Below, one piece after another: positions 20,520 to 32,956 of a stretch of DNA of 64,000 nt. The stretch spans positions 124,001 to 188,000 of the forward strand of contig NIVC01000096.1 in the NCBI GenBank assembly GCA_002269645.1, in the 5' to 3' direction. Positions within the stretch are counted from its first letter, which is position 1. The number at the start of each line of letters is the position of its first letter. The notes below the pieces were generated by a model. That model made no database searches. It had not been told where the DNA came from and worked only from the letters and a program-made list of their open reading frames with translations. The translations under genes were made by a program, and so were the position numbers. Source of the DNA: Macrostomum lignano (taxonomy: Eukaryota).

Positions 20520-22776
20520 GTTGAGCCTGTGGTAGTTTCGCTTTCCCGACAAATGTCCTGAGAACATGCAAATTGTGTCGACTGATGGACTTATAGTGCA
20601 ATTTGGTTTTCTTGAGCTATGGCACCCCCAGAAATTCTCACAGAAAGATTCTGTAATGATCTTCCCTTTAGTCTCAGTGTTGACGTCAATGATAGATTTT
20701 GCATATGTTTTTGGAGTTAAACAATGATTCATTTTCACGATTGGCGAAGCGAAGCAAAGCGAAGCCAGTCGTGAAAAATGAATCATTGTCTAACTCCAAA
20801 CCATATGCACAAGCACATTGTCTCATAAATGTATTCTTAGTAGCCTTAAATAATGACGAATTATAATGTTGAATAATGAGCATGCAGCATGACACAATGG
20901 CGAAAGACTCAGTTTAGATAAAAATCGACACGCCCAGCTCAGCCAATACCCCTGTTAATTTCAGTTTATGTTCTAAAAGATTTTTATGAGTTGTGAGCCA
21001 ATTTTAGAATCTTGCCTATTTTTTAAAATTACTAGTAGCCCAAATTTGCGTGGGACAAAGAGATGAAGCTTCAGCAAAACAACCAGACAAAAAATGAAGG
21101 ACAAATATCGGATTCAGATAACAAGTGGATCGATAGTAGGCTCGGATTAGTACGAGCGTATGTTTGAAGCTGACTCATCAGGACACGGTTTCCTAGCGAG
21201 GTCGTCGTCGCCCACATTCCGGAACAACACCTTTTATTCCTTTTAGCGATTTCACCTTCTAGCGATTTCAATTTACTTTTTGACGTATCTTCTGACCTAC
21301 ATAGGGAGGGGTGACCTACATACCTGACCTACTACTGAGGTCTAGGTAGGTACTACTGAGACCCACTAATGACCTACATCGAATTCTTATGTAATAGAAG
21401 TCGAGTTTACGAGAAATTAGTCATAAGTGCAGTACTTCGCAGTTTGACATAACAGCAGTCAGCCCCCCCCCCATTTTTCTGTTATTTTCCCCCAAGTTCG
21501 CCGAACGCGATCCTAACCCTGGATATCCAGGCCCTTTCCCTGATGACTCATCAGTTGACTCATCCCTACGCCCACCCCACTCCTTTTCCCACGTCACCCT
21601 CCCCTTTTTTGTTCCAAATCACTGTACCGAAACCAAATAAACTCCCCTCCCGTAAGCCATTTCTCCCAAGTCATTTGATGTCCCAATTTTCCACATTCTT
21701 TAAGCTGCGCACCCGCCCAAGTTTATTAGCCAATTATGGTACGGCTAGGAAGGCGACGTCACTCAGTTTTTTATTATCGAGGCTGGTCAAGGGCAGTTCA
21801 ATGTCCTGTGCATCACGAGTCACGCGCATGGAACGTGATTTCAGCCTTATATAAACAACTGATTTTTCTCACCATTTGTACTCGTATACTCGTAACTTCT
21901 TTCCGGCATGGTGTTTTCCCACCCCAAACCGGTGGAACCTCCTGGCACCTTTCGCAATCTGGTGCTCAACCGGTCTCCACCTTGAAAGTCACCTGACGCA
22001 GATATATATTCACCCTGGAAGAACTCCCCCTCCCTACTATCATCATCACCTCAGCTACATGATTAAACTGACCCGCGAGATCATTTTTGATCCTCCCTTA
22101 GCCGTTTCGGCAAGTCGTCGCCTACGACAGAGTCAGTTTGACTAATTCAGCTACAACAGCGACGCCCGTGTCTACGCCGCCTTGAACTGCCCGGACCGTC
22201 GCCAGCATCAAGGATTCACCTGTCAGCGTGTCTTAGTTGTCATTCTATTGTCCGGTGCTTTTAACTCATTTGCTTTTATTTTCCAATTTATTATATCATC
22301 ACTTCAATCTCGCAAATAAAAATCTACGAGTAGTTAAGGTAAATGCGTATACAACAATATCAATATAGTGCAGCGAAGTAAACTTTATTTCGATTGCTTT
22401 TAATAACTAGTAAATAATTTCCAGCTAAAGACTGCAGGGGAGAAACTTAGGCTCAAATAATGTAATTTAACATCATTACTGAATGTCTAACTAAAGTACA
22501 AATAGCTAAATAGAGGTGTCAGAGCTGACAAAGTACAAATCAATTGTTTATACTACAGCCTAAACAGTGGCGCAGTCAACTGAGGGGCTGGAGGGCCTGC
22601 TCCCCCCCCCCCCCGAAATCATGCCAATTTTTTGTTGTACAGTGAATTTGTGCTATGGTTTTAAATGTAGCATCTTTGAAAGATTTTTTTAGAGATTTGA
22701 TAGATATGCAGGTCTGTATTGTGCCCAACCACAAAAAAATCCTGCCAGTGCCGCACCTTCTTCCAAATGCAGGTCA

Positions 22777-25700
22777 ATGGCTAAGGAAACTCCAGATGTA
22801 GGACACCGACAATCTACTAAATACTTGTCTTCACCAAGTCCGCCTGAGGGTCGCCTTAGACGTGTTTCTGAACTGCTTTGCGGATGCTTTTCAACCAAGA
22901 ACCAATCACCATCAGAAACAGAAACAAAAATCAAGAAAGAACCACTATACAGGTATAGCCTTTCTGTTTTTGTCTTTCTTTTCCAATTTCTCAAGCCGCT
23001 AATTACGATTCTAAAAGGCAATATTGCTTCTCCTGAAACTTATTGATCTCATTCATTCTGAAAACTGCAAAGCACGACTGCACTACAGTACGTCAATATA
23101 AAGACAAGAAATAAAATTTTGCGGCTCGTTAGCAGTCTTAAGTAGAGAGCAAATAATTTATAAAAATTATTTTTACGAATAACTATTACTTTTCTCAAGC
23201 CCAAAGTAAATACTTAACTTATGGTCTCATAAGGTCTCATAGTCTCTTGGTTCAGATGGGTTACAAGTACATGAAGTTTCATGACATGAAACTTTACGCT
23301 TACATGCTTCACTTAATGTTGATTGTGTAAGTAACACGAAGCCTTAAATATGCTAGCAACAAATTTGAACTGCAGATTCGATGTCAGCTGCGACTATGAA
23401 TCATCACCCTGCGACGGCATTGTAACACCAGATTCCAGCTGTTCCGGCTTATATCTCGGCTATCGAGATTCGATTTCAGACGACTGCAATCAGTTCTATG
23501 TAAAACCTGATATACCTGATGATTTTCCAAGGTGAGTTAGAGAATCCTTAATAGACACCGTAAATTTTGAGTTTTAAAGTTTTGTGCCATCCACGCAGGT
23601 AAGCTGGTGAATTATTAGGTACCAGGTAATTAATAGCTGTTGCAATGGGGCTTTCAGGACAAAATTTAGCATACTCTGTCAATCCCATTAATTCTATCTG
23701 TGTAAATGCTAAAGAAATCGACAAAAAAGTGTCGACTTTTATTTTGAAAATCTTCCAAAATACCCTGCTTGCTCAATCTGCCAATGCACTGCTGCTTTCA
23801 GAAAAAAAATATTTTTTCACCCTCTTAAATATAAACGAATTTCTCAGTGAAGGCCGGTTCGCATTGCCGCTACAAAGGGTGCCTAAAAAGTTTTTGGACT
23901 CGACCCTTTTTGAGCAATGTCAGCGCACCAAACTTTCACATATTTTCAAAGTACTCTCCCCCACTCTGCATGCAGCGAAACCAGGCCTGGAAGCACTGAG
24001 ATCAATTCTCTTTAGGCAACTCTTCTAGCACCCATGAAAGCTTCCTCTTTATCCTGGAATTGAGTTCCACGAGTTTTTTTCTTGTGAACCATTCTGCATT
24101 GACTGTTCTTTGCTCATTAAGTTGCGCAGCCACCAAATGACCAGTCATGGAGAAGAAAGTGGCTGCTTCGTGATCAGCTGCATTTTCGAAGAGGGTCGCC
24201 TTGCGTCACCCACTCACTCGACCGGCGCTTGGACTCAGAATCAAACTGATAAATCCTTGTTTCATCACCCGTGACAATATCATAGAGCCGCTTATATTGA
24301 CCTCGAATTTCTTCTTCACAGCAGCCACATTTTCTGCTGCCACAGCTGAGACAGGTCGACCACTTCGTTCAGTGTTGGACAGGCTGTCCCGGCCCCGTTT
24401 GAAGTCACTGAACCAGCCAAAAACGGAGGATCTCGAGGGTACATGTTAACCAAAGATTGATGCAACCAGCTCAAAGCTTAGCTTTGCAGTGAGGGTTTCG
24501 TTTGAAGTCATAGAAAAGCATCGTTTGTAATCACGCCGCTCAAGTTATCAATATTTCGCGTCAGGCTGAAATTCCTAGGTATGCTGTACTTAGGGTACAG
24601 ACCTATTCTGTATGAGCGCTTCAAAGTAGTTATTAAAATTTCCTCTTTGGCTCATAGCACAGCAAAATATATTGACTTATCTGTACACAAGGACTACTTA
24701 ACAAGGTTAACAAGGTTAAGTAGTCATTGTCTGTACATTTATAACTTTCCGCCTGCATGTTTCACTTCAATTTTTGTGTAAGAAACACAAAGCCTGAATA
24801 CTAGCACCAACTCTTAACTTCAGGATCGAGTCCAAGGTACCAGCACGGGTACGCCACTACGAGTTGATGTCTTCTCTCTCAATTGATACAGAGGAGAGGT
24901 GAGTCAGAGAATCCTCAATACTAAGAGACTGTGTAGGTTTAAGTTTCAAAGTTTTTGTGCCATCTACTGAGGTAATCTGGTGAACTTCTGATCAATTAGT
25001 AGCTGTAGTGACGAGACTTTGAGGACAGAATTTCCACTGCCTCAATCCCATTAATTCCATCTGCGTTTTAGCAAAAGAAATCGGCACAAAGGGGTCGAAT
25101 TCGATCAAGAATCTTCCAAGATTATACTTGTACTTTCACTCGCTGCTTGCTTAATCTAGCATTGAACTGCTCCTTTCAAGACAAATATTCTAATTTTTTC
25201 ACTCTCTAAAACAAATTTACAACAAAAATGTTTCCTGTTGTCTTACCGGTTCCTATCTATAAACAGCACGCGGCTAATTACAAATTCAAGTAATAAGTTG
25301 CGTAAAATTTCGCCTTGTACGAGCGTACATACAAAAGTTCTGGGCCTAAGTAGAATTCAACGCTCCGAATATTAATCAGACACTGAAAACTCATTGGCTT
25401 CAACAGCATAGAGTTTTTGAAATATAATTACTGATTTATGACAGCTATTATAACCTTGCTGAAATCTTAATGCAGCTATTGTGTGGTCGCTTAACTTGAA
25501 AACCATCTTTACTCGGAAATTTCGACTTTCAAGTTGTACTCGTACTAGCGCTAAACAAAGTTCCAGATAGTTTCGAGTCTTGCACACTATCCTTGGGTTC
25601 CTTGCTGTGCAGATAGGGAGTTCTCAAATCCCATTCTCTCGTCAATTCTCTATCAGTTTAGTAGACCTTGATAATTTTGCAATTACTTCATGAATATTGA

Positions 25701-27052
25701 ATTTTAAAAGAATTTTTCTAAAATCAGTCACATCGATACCTTGATATAAAACAAATCGTTTTTACTCGTAGTAAAGTGGATGGTATTATGGAGGCGGTGA
25801 AATAAGTTTTTTGAATGAAGCTAAGTTTGCCGATTTTCGCCACAAAACTGTATCGTATCCTTGAACAATTTTTAAGGTAGATTGCGAAAGGATTACGAGC
25901 TAAAAAAATTCAGTTAAGATTCATTTTAGTTTAATCGTCAAATTAAAGTTGATGAAGTAATTTTATCGATATTTTTTAGCCTTCAGAAAATTAAAAAATT
26001 TTATGTATTTGAACACTTCATATTTTAGAGAACCGCCTCAAACGCAGCGCAGTGCAGCGCAGAAAGAGCACTGCGTTTTATTGTCAGCAGCGCAGATTCA
26101 TCAAGGATCGCAATTTGTTATTATCGATCAAGAAGCAACAACCAACCAAAAAGCAACAACCAACCAAGAAGCAACAACCAACCAAGAAGCAACAACCAAC
26201 CAAGAAGCAACAACCAACCAAGAAGCAACAACCGATCAACAAGCAACAACCGATCAACAAGCAACAACCGATCAACAAGCAACAACCGATCAACAAGCAA
26301 CAACCGATCAACAAGCAACAACCGATCAACAAGCAACAACCGATCAAAAAGCAACAACCGATCAACAAGCAACAACCGATCAAAAAGCAACAACCGATCA
26401 ACAAGCAACAACCGATCAACAAGCACCAACCGATCAACAAGCACCAACCGATCATCAAGCACCAACCGATCAAAAACAGGATCTATTCAACCCATTTTTC
26501 AACACAGAAACGGTGCTCACAGACTTCAAGTACTCACTCTGCAGCATTCGCAACCTGCCAGCTGAACTGACCAGCCACGAGAGCGTCAGGTGCATCTTTG
26601 CTCCATATTTGCTGCCAGAGGCTGCATCAGGGGCCAGTAATTGGAAAAGTGAGCAAAATTCTGTGCTCCAAACTCTTACAGACCATGTAAAATTTAGTAC
26701 AGATGACTGTCAAGAACCTGAAGCGATGAAAAGCGTCCGAAAGCTTCTGGAAGATCTCTCTGAGGACGAATATTGTGAAGAGCTGATGGAATTGGCAATC
26801 AGCATTGCCGATGGCGAGTGGATGCTGGCTGAAGAGACTCTGAGAAGTCTGACTAGAAGTTCCACAGAAATTGTTCGGGGTTGCCTGCGAGACCTGCAAG
26901 AGAACGGAGATCAACCTCGAGACCACTGCCCGGTTGCGGAGGCCTGGTTCTGCTTCATGGTGGCCGTCTGGAGCCGCCTCAGGGCTGCCGGGACCGAGCC
27001 CGAGGACGAGGCTGAGAAGTTCGGGGCCTGCGTTAGCAGGAAAGACAGCTAG
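22777..27052 (+). CDS. Host gene A1 (unknown function), predicted join(22777..22952,23376..23531,24824..24898,26029..27052)
   Basis: All three introns are GT-AG and phase 2, and internal exon lengths are multiples of 3 (156, 75). The terminal exon encodes QxATTD repeats plus a helical domain. A paralogue lies at 55883-61039. Confidence 0.65.
23870..24560 (-). pseudogene. Degraded mariner (Tc1/mariner) transposase relic in an intron of gene A1
   Basis: Minus strand FG.HVPSRSSVFGWFSDFKRGRDSL...RSGRPVSAV..ENV (mariner HTH region) and C-terminal WFRCMQSGGEYFE; stops and internal deletions present. Confidence 0.75.
26130..26475 (+). repeat. 15-bp coding minisatellite (QQATTD-type), about 23 copies
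   Basis: CAAGCAACAACCGAT unit and variants; the same unit occurs at 59480-60485. Confidence 0.9.
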
Positions 27053-27610
27053 ACCTTCTGGTTTGCTCTCAACCTTAAAGTAAACGATAAATTAGTGTTG
27101 TATGTACATTCAAGAGTGAGGAGCATTATTTTCTGTAAAAAAGCTGCAACAAGTGCTCAATATTTTTTAGCAATTATACCACTTGTATATGATTATTAAA
27201 TAGCCAAATACTCATTTGTCAAAATCAACGAACCAGTTATAACCACTTGGCTTTGATGAGTATCCGGCAGCTTAAAGTTTTAAAGCAGAATTTAAAACGC
27301 GTCCGTTGCTGTGGTCATTTCTTTGATTGCTGCTTAATTCCCGATACTTTTTGAGGTCGGAGTATGATAGTCTTGACTCAAGAGATCGAGGTCGATACAA
27401 AAGAATTGGTGAACTTTGATAGTATACCGACATATCCTAGTTAGAGGGCAATTTTTTTCTTATACCCGTAGAACCAGTAGTAACCCACGTGCTCTGGAAG
27501 AATGGCTATAGAAAGGCTAGTTACCTCTGTTAATGGCAGAGTTCAACGTAATCATGGTTTTTCTACTCATAAAATTTCAGAACCGGCTGAGCAACCATAC
27601 AGGTGTTTAA

Positions 27611-29521
27611 ATGAACACAGTGTTGCACACCGTCATCCATACAAAGCGCAGTCAAGATGTTAAACAAATAAATTTTTGCTACAAATGGGGGCCTGACGGA
27701 GAGACCAAGCAGTGCGAACTGATGAAGAAAGAGCTGCGCGGAAGCAGACCAGCTGAGCAAGTATGGTACCTCCGAATTGATGCTAACACCGATGAAAACT
27801 TCAAAAACCTTGCAGTGACGGACAATGGCGAGCTGAAAAAAGCAGACACAGAGGACATACTGACAATGAGTCTGAGGAAAGCCATCGAAGAGAGCTCAGA
27901 CAATCCAGTACAGTTCAACGAAGAGCTCCGCTTTGTGCCTCATTTTGTTGCAGATAAAAAGGCAGAGTTTGTCATTTTCTTGGATCTTTCTCAGAAAAAA
28001 AATGACTTTCGAGTCATACCGATGATACCAGTTTGCCTTATCTTCGAAATTCAAACTCCAAAGTCGGTATCCAGCAAGTTTTATATTGAAGCCAATCATT
28101 CTGAACTGAATGGCAGCAGTTCTTTAGAAAGCAGGAAATTTAAAAAGTCACGTCTGCTCTGTACAGATTGCAAGGCATGCGAAAATGCTAAGCAAGATCA
28201 CGGAGACACTCAGGTCTGGACACTGACTATTGAAAAGTTGCAAATGGTCAATTATAATGGCTTCATGAGACTGCCTACTGGAGAGCCACTGAGTGTTAAA
28301 GTTATGAAAGAGGCTGCGGAAGCTTTCTCAGGCTCATTCAACATCAATCTGCCTGTTGATGGCGGAGTCAACCCAACGCAAACGTACTTGATAAAGCTGG
28401 ACCGTCAAGCTCAACCTCAAGTGTTCAGAATCGCTCATTGTGAGTTGCATTTCAAATGCGAAATAAAAAACGTTGACAGCTTTGACTTGCGAGGAAACTG
28501 TCACGAACTGGGCCCTTGGAAGGAACAAATAAAATGCAAGAAAAATGAAAGTCTAAGGATTTTCGTGGCTGCAGTAGTTGTGGAAATGACCAAAGGATCA
28601 AAGTTTTTGAAGACATTCGATCTGAGAGACTTTCAATTTGAAGCGCTGCTTCACTTCACACCACCTGGAGAGACGTCTTGGCCGAAAACTTATACAATAT
28701 CTCACTTTGAGGTACCGCTGCAGACATTCTCTGTATTTACAGTTGAACTTAAACAATCACGGCTTCAAACCAGGCTCTCAATCGAACCAGTAGTCTCTGA
28801 AGTCACTCACCGGTTGCACAAAATTGCAGGTAGTACGAGCACAAATAATTTAAGATTTCTTGTTCCTAAGTTACACAGACATGGCCAAATCTACAGTGAG
28901 GACGATGATCCGCTAAGAACGCACGACATCTGGGGCGAAGACCTTCCAATGGAGACACGTGATGATCTTCAGCCAGAAGCAAAGAGCGGATTGACCTATC
29001 TGAAGCTGAGGCAGACTCGGCATCAACATGAGAGCCTCTGTGGAAGACGAATCGTTTTGAAGAGGCTTAACAAACAGTATCACCGCTACCAGAACGAAGC
29101 TGTTAGAAAGCTCTTAGACTGGAACGGCAATAAATTTACAAAAGAAAAAAAAGCTGCGCTTGACAAAATCTGCAGAGGTGGCGCATTCGATGGCGAATAC
29201 AAAAACATTTTGCAGACTCTTGCCACAGAAATTTCCGAAGGCCGTTGCAGTGTCGAAAACCACTCGCTGCTGCTGCAGCTGGCCGCTGCCATTGTTCGCG
29301 GCAGAACTGAGGCTCTGATTCTGAGTCCCAGGGCTCAGGCATGGCAGCGAGATAACTGGGAACGGCACATGGTTGCTGCGGAGTCCTGGTTTCGAGTCGT
29401 CTTGGCGCTCTGGAAGATTCGATCCGATGACACACCACCAGACTTTCGCGAGGCAATCAGGAGAGCCGGTGGAAGTCCCGCCTTTCCCGCCTTTTACACT
29501 TGGCCCGAGCATCCAACGTAA
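27611..29521 (+). CDS. Host gene B1, 636-aa protein of unknown function
   Basis: Long open ORF with a paralogue at 61786-64000; a conserved paralogue with open frames implies coding constraint. Acceptor-like TTTCAG at 27580. Confidence 0.8.
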   Translation: MNTVLHTVIHTKRSQDVKQINFCYKWGPDGETKQCELMKKELRGSRPAEQVWYLRIDANTDENFKNLAVTDNGELKKADTEDILTMSLRKAIEESSDNPVQFNEELRFVPHFVADKKAEFVIFLDLSQKKNDFRVIPMIPVCLIFEIQTPKSVSSKFYIEANHSELNGSSSLESRKFKKSRLLCTDCKACENAKQDHGDTQVWTLTIEKLQMVNYNGFMRLPTGEPLSVKVMKEAAEAFSGSFNINLPVDGGVNPTQTYLIKLDRQAQPQVFRIAHCELHFKCEIKNVDSFDLRGNCHELGPWKEQIKCKKNESLRIFVAAVVVEMTKGSKFLKTFDLRDFQFEALLHFTPPGETSWPKTYTISHFEVPLQTFSVFTVELKQSRLQTRLSIEPVVSEVTHRLHKIAGSTSTNNLRFLVPKLHRHGQIYSEDDDPLRTHDIWGEDLPMETRDDLQPEAKSGLTYLKLRQTRHQHESLCGRRIVLKRLNKQYHRYQNEAVRKLLDWNGNKFTKEKKAALDKICRGGAFDGEYKNILQTLATEISEGRCSVENHSLLLQLAAAIVRGRTEALILSPRAQAWQRDNWERHMVAAESWFRVVLALWKIRSDDTPPDFREAIRRAGGSPAFPAFYTWPEHPT

Positions 29522-30864
29522 TTTTCGAATGATATTCGATACGTTTACTGATTGCACTCGGTAGCAATATTGACTTTAGCTATTTTCACTGTCTGTCGCT
29601 AAGCTAAAGTTCTTTCCTATCCCCGTAGTGTATTTTTACGGGAATCGGCCTCCAAAAATTACACCATCTCTGAGTGTAGCGTCCTGATATACTGCTAGCG
29701 GTCCTTGTGTACAACCTATTATATGTTTTACACTGTAGACTATCAAAGTATATTATAATTTTTCCTAGCTGTTAGCAATTCGGTAATTTACAAAAGTTTT
29801 CGGTATACATATTTATGTAAAATGTAACAAAAAGTTACCAATATATCTGAACTATATTTGCCAAAGCAAAGCAGTAGTATGTGTTAGTTCAACTCTGACG
29901 CACTTGCACTGGGAAGATAGGCGGTAATGATAACGGATAGGGCAGTGTGGCGCAGCAGCACAGCGGTGGTATAGGTCTTGCTAGGGGGAGAGATAAGGAA
30001 GGGGTTGTAGGTAATTTGCGGAGGGTTGCACAGGCGCCAACCCTATAATTGGCAAGCGCGTTAATGGCTAGCCTTCACTGAACACTTAGAAAGAAAGGAA
30101 ATGGGGCTTTGGTTATGCAATTCCTATGCACTTGCTTTCAGAGGGGGGGGGGGGTAAATAAGGAATCATCTTCACTTCATCAGAGCACTTCAATTTGTAA
30201 ATATGTTTGAATTTGTTTGTATTCTTGAATCTTGTACATATAGCTCTAAGTACGAGCTCCTAATTTAAATTAGTTTGATTAGCATAAATCTGGGAGAAAA
30301 ATGTTTTAAATTTGAGTCTCCTTGCAATGGAATATTGAATACAATTTTTACGAGCCTGCCTTTGTAGTTAATTAAGTTTAAAACTTGTGTCTAGACTTGA
30401 TATTGCGGGCAAATCTTTATGGCGAATGGAGCAGGGAAGCGTTGCTATCTAGTAATTACCGAGGCTCCGTTTATAACTCGAGGTTAAAATGGCCACCGCC
30501 AGCGTATGATAATTTAATGAAAATAGTGAGTATAGCTATCAGTGTTGTTACTATGAGGAGAAAGGTATGGGACTCCTAAAAAGTTTTAAAATATTGTAAA
30601 AAGAATGTTGTAGATCCTTGAATTGCAGTAACGATACCGCACTAGTAATATTAAGAAATTTTATAAGGTGTGGAGCTGTGCGGGTGTATAAGGGATGGAA
30701 CAGAGTTGAGCAAAAAATAAATATATAACCTACTACCTGATAAAAGCCAAATTTGCAAAGCCTACAAAAGCACCTATAATTCGAAGTTTTGTGCTGCTAT
30801 CAACATAAGTTCAGTAAAAAGGCAAAATAATTAACTAAAAATGGCGACCGAATGACACTATGAA

Positions 30865-31404
30865 GTGTGCTTAGACTGTAAAAAGTGCAAGCAAGGAGGC
30901 CTTGACTCTACTCGCCATGCAGACTGCCACAATTTAACAAAATGGGCTGTCTGTTGGCGGTGTTCAGAAGTCCTTCTTTTCTCGGAAAAAGGAGCAAAAA
31001 AGTCCAAGAGCTCTCGTCATCGAGGACATCAGCTGCTGCCCGGCAATGAAAAAGCAGCCCGTTCATTTCGGCGGTTTGTTAGGGCCGTGGCAAGCCGGCA
31101 TAAGGCTCAGCTGGATGCTGCCAAGTAACGCTCCAACCTGCTAAGCCAGGTAATTAATGGCGTCATTCGCCCGGTAAGTGCAGACAGGGGTGGCAGCACC
31201 AACTCAGATGATGACTTTGAAATAATCCACGGAGAAGCACTGCACAGCCCGGAGGAAGCGGAAAAAGCAGTTGAAGGTATTGCATTTCCTATCCGTCAGG
31301 CGCCGTCAATTAGAGGGAAGGAAATGCTTCAACCTGATAGCCCTATAATTTTTTAAGAAGAAGGCGACGACATCGAGACTGATGGAATCTCAGTTTGCTC
31401 TGCT
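30865..31404 (+). pseudogene. Polinton-2 ORF1 homologue, 5' part (stops; interrupted by the LINE)
   Basis: CLDCKKCKQGGLDSTRHADC..TKWAVCWRC...SRHRGHQLLP vs Polinton-1 CLSCNKCVLGGLKPDRHIAC.TSKWSVCWQC...SRHDGHLQLP; downstream NSDDDF matches DSDDDF. Confidence 0.8.
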
Positions 31405-31450
31405 TCTTCTTTCTTCTTTGATTTCCCGGCACGCCTTTGACGCGGCGGCG

Positions 31451-32956
31451 TCAATATTGGCGGGGGCTCAAGCGCCCCACAGCACGTATAAACGCAATGA
31501 TACGGCCAGTCGGCGCCGATAGTGGGTCCTCGGTGCCGAAGTGTCGGGCTCTGGCGGCGTCACCTCTTGGACAACGGCGGAGGAGGTGGTCAGTCGTGTC
31601 CACAGCGCCGCAGTCTGCACACGTGTCGGTCTCTTGGAGGCCGAGGCGCTGGCGGGTGGAGGCGCAGATGGTGGAGACGCCCGCTCTAAGTTGATTGACC
31701 ACCACCTGCTCGCGTCGGTTGCGGGTGGTGTCGGTGGATGTTGGCTGGTTGACGGGCTCCGCGTCGCGGCGTCGACGGTCGCGGCGGATGGCGGCCCTCG
31801 CGGAGTCTATCGTGATGGCAGCTTCGCTCTGCGGGAGGGTAGCTGACATAGCCGCCGATCTATCGGCCGCTTCGTTGCCGGCAATCTGGCAGTGGCCAGG
31901 AACCCATCCGAAGTATACCTTGGAGAACCTGGCTCTTGCGATGGCGTCCCAGCAGGCATTTTCGGCAGCGTTACGCTGATCGGCCGGGCCGCGAGCCAGT
32001 GCCGACAGGGCGCTGAAGCTGTCTGTGAGGATGGCTATGCTGTTGGCGGCGGCGTGTAGTTCCAGCGAGGCGCGGAGGGCGGTTGCAATAGCGGTCATCT
32101 CTGCTTGGTAGCTACTGCAGTAGGTCCCAGCCGGTGCTAGGTGTTTGGTGGTGGTGCCGTTGTAGTGAATGACGGCTGCTCCACCTCCGTGGGTGCAGCT
32201 TTCGTTGGCGGAGCCGTCCGTCCATGCAGTGATCTCAAGCTCCTGAGCCGCTCTGAGGACCGCGTCGGCCGCTCTGGCGCGTTCTTCTACTGGGGCTTTG
32301 CGGTTGACCGTACTCGCCGTTGTGTCGAAGATGACTTCCGCGCTGATATCGCTTTCCCAGGGGGCGGCGATGGTGATCTGCTCGCGCGTAATTTCATCGA
32401 GCGTCGCTACTACGGGGAGTTCTTGTGCGGCCCTCCTCCAGCATCCGCGGTGTGGCCGTTCGCGGTCGCGGGCTCCTATTCCGCTTCCAGGTTCGCTTTG
32501 TGGGTCATGGCTACGGTTCTTTAGGCGAGGTCTCGTCGTGCGAGCGGCGGTTTCCACAGCCGGGCAATCAGTGGTCTCGTTGCGGGTAGTACTGCAGCAG
32601 CCTGTAATCATGCGCGTGCATATCGACTGCTGTTGTTCGATCATGCGCCGTGTGCTTGGTGCTGCTCCGGTTAGCCATATGCCGCTTCCGTAGTCTGCAC
32701 ACGCTCTGATAGTGGTAATGTAGGCCGAGCGGAGGGTATTTTGGACTGCTCCACTATTGCGGTGGGCAATGGCCATGAGTGCACCTCTACGCCAGGCCAT
32801 GCGGGCCTTTACTTCGGCGCCGTGCTTATTGAAGGTTAACTGGTCGTCAAGGGTCAGGCCCAGGAGTCGAGGGTGCGGGTCGTATTTAAGTTCGGCTCCG
32901 TTAACGTGCAGACTGAGTCGGACTTTGTCGTTGTTCTCTTGCGGCGATAGTGTGAA
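31451..32956 (-). CDS. LINE ORF C-terminal part: RT thumb, RNase H, C-terminal Cys/His knuckle
   Basis: LGLTLDDQLTFNKH; AWTDGS...SSYQAEMTAI...ILTDSFSAL...WVPGHCQIAGNEAAD; CADCGAVDTTDHLLRRCP. Confidence 0.9.
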   Translation of the reverse strand, partial: FTLSPQENNDKVRLSLHVNGAELKYDPHPRLLGLTLDDQLTFNKHGAEVKARMAWRRGALMAIAHRNSGAVQNTLRSAYITTIRACADYGSGIWLTGAAPSTRRMIEQQQSICTRMITGCCSTTRNETTDCPAVETAARTTRPRLKNRSHDPQSEPGSGIGARDRERPHRGCWRRAAQELPVVATLDEITREQITIAAPWESDISAEVIFDTTASTVNRKAPVEERARAADAVLRAAQELEITAWTDGSANESCTHGGGAAVIHYNGTTTKHLAPAGTYCSSYQAEMTAIATALRASLELHAAANSIAILTDSFSALSALARGPADQRNAAENACWDAIARARFSKVYFGWVPGHCQIAGNEAADRSAAMSATLPQSEAAITIDSARAAIRRDRRRRDAEPVNQPTSTDTTRNRREQVVVNQLRAGVSTICASTRQRLGLQETDTCADCGAVDTTDHLLRRCPRGDAARARHFGTEDPLSAPTGRIIAFIRAVGRLSPRQY

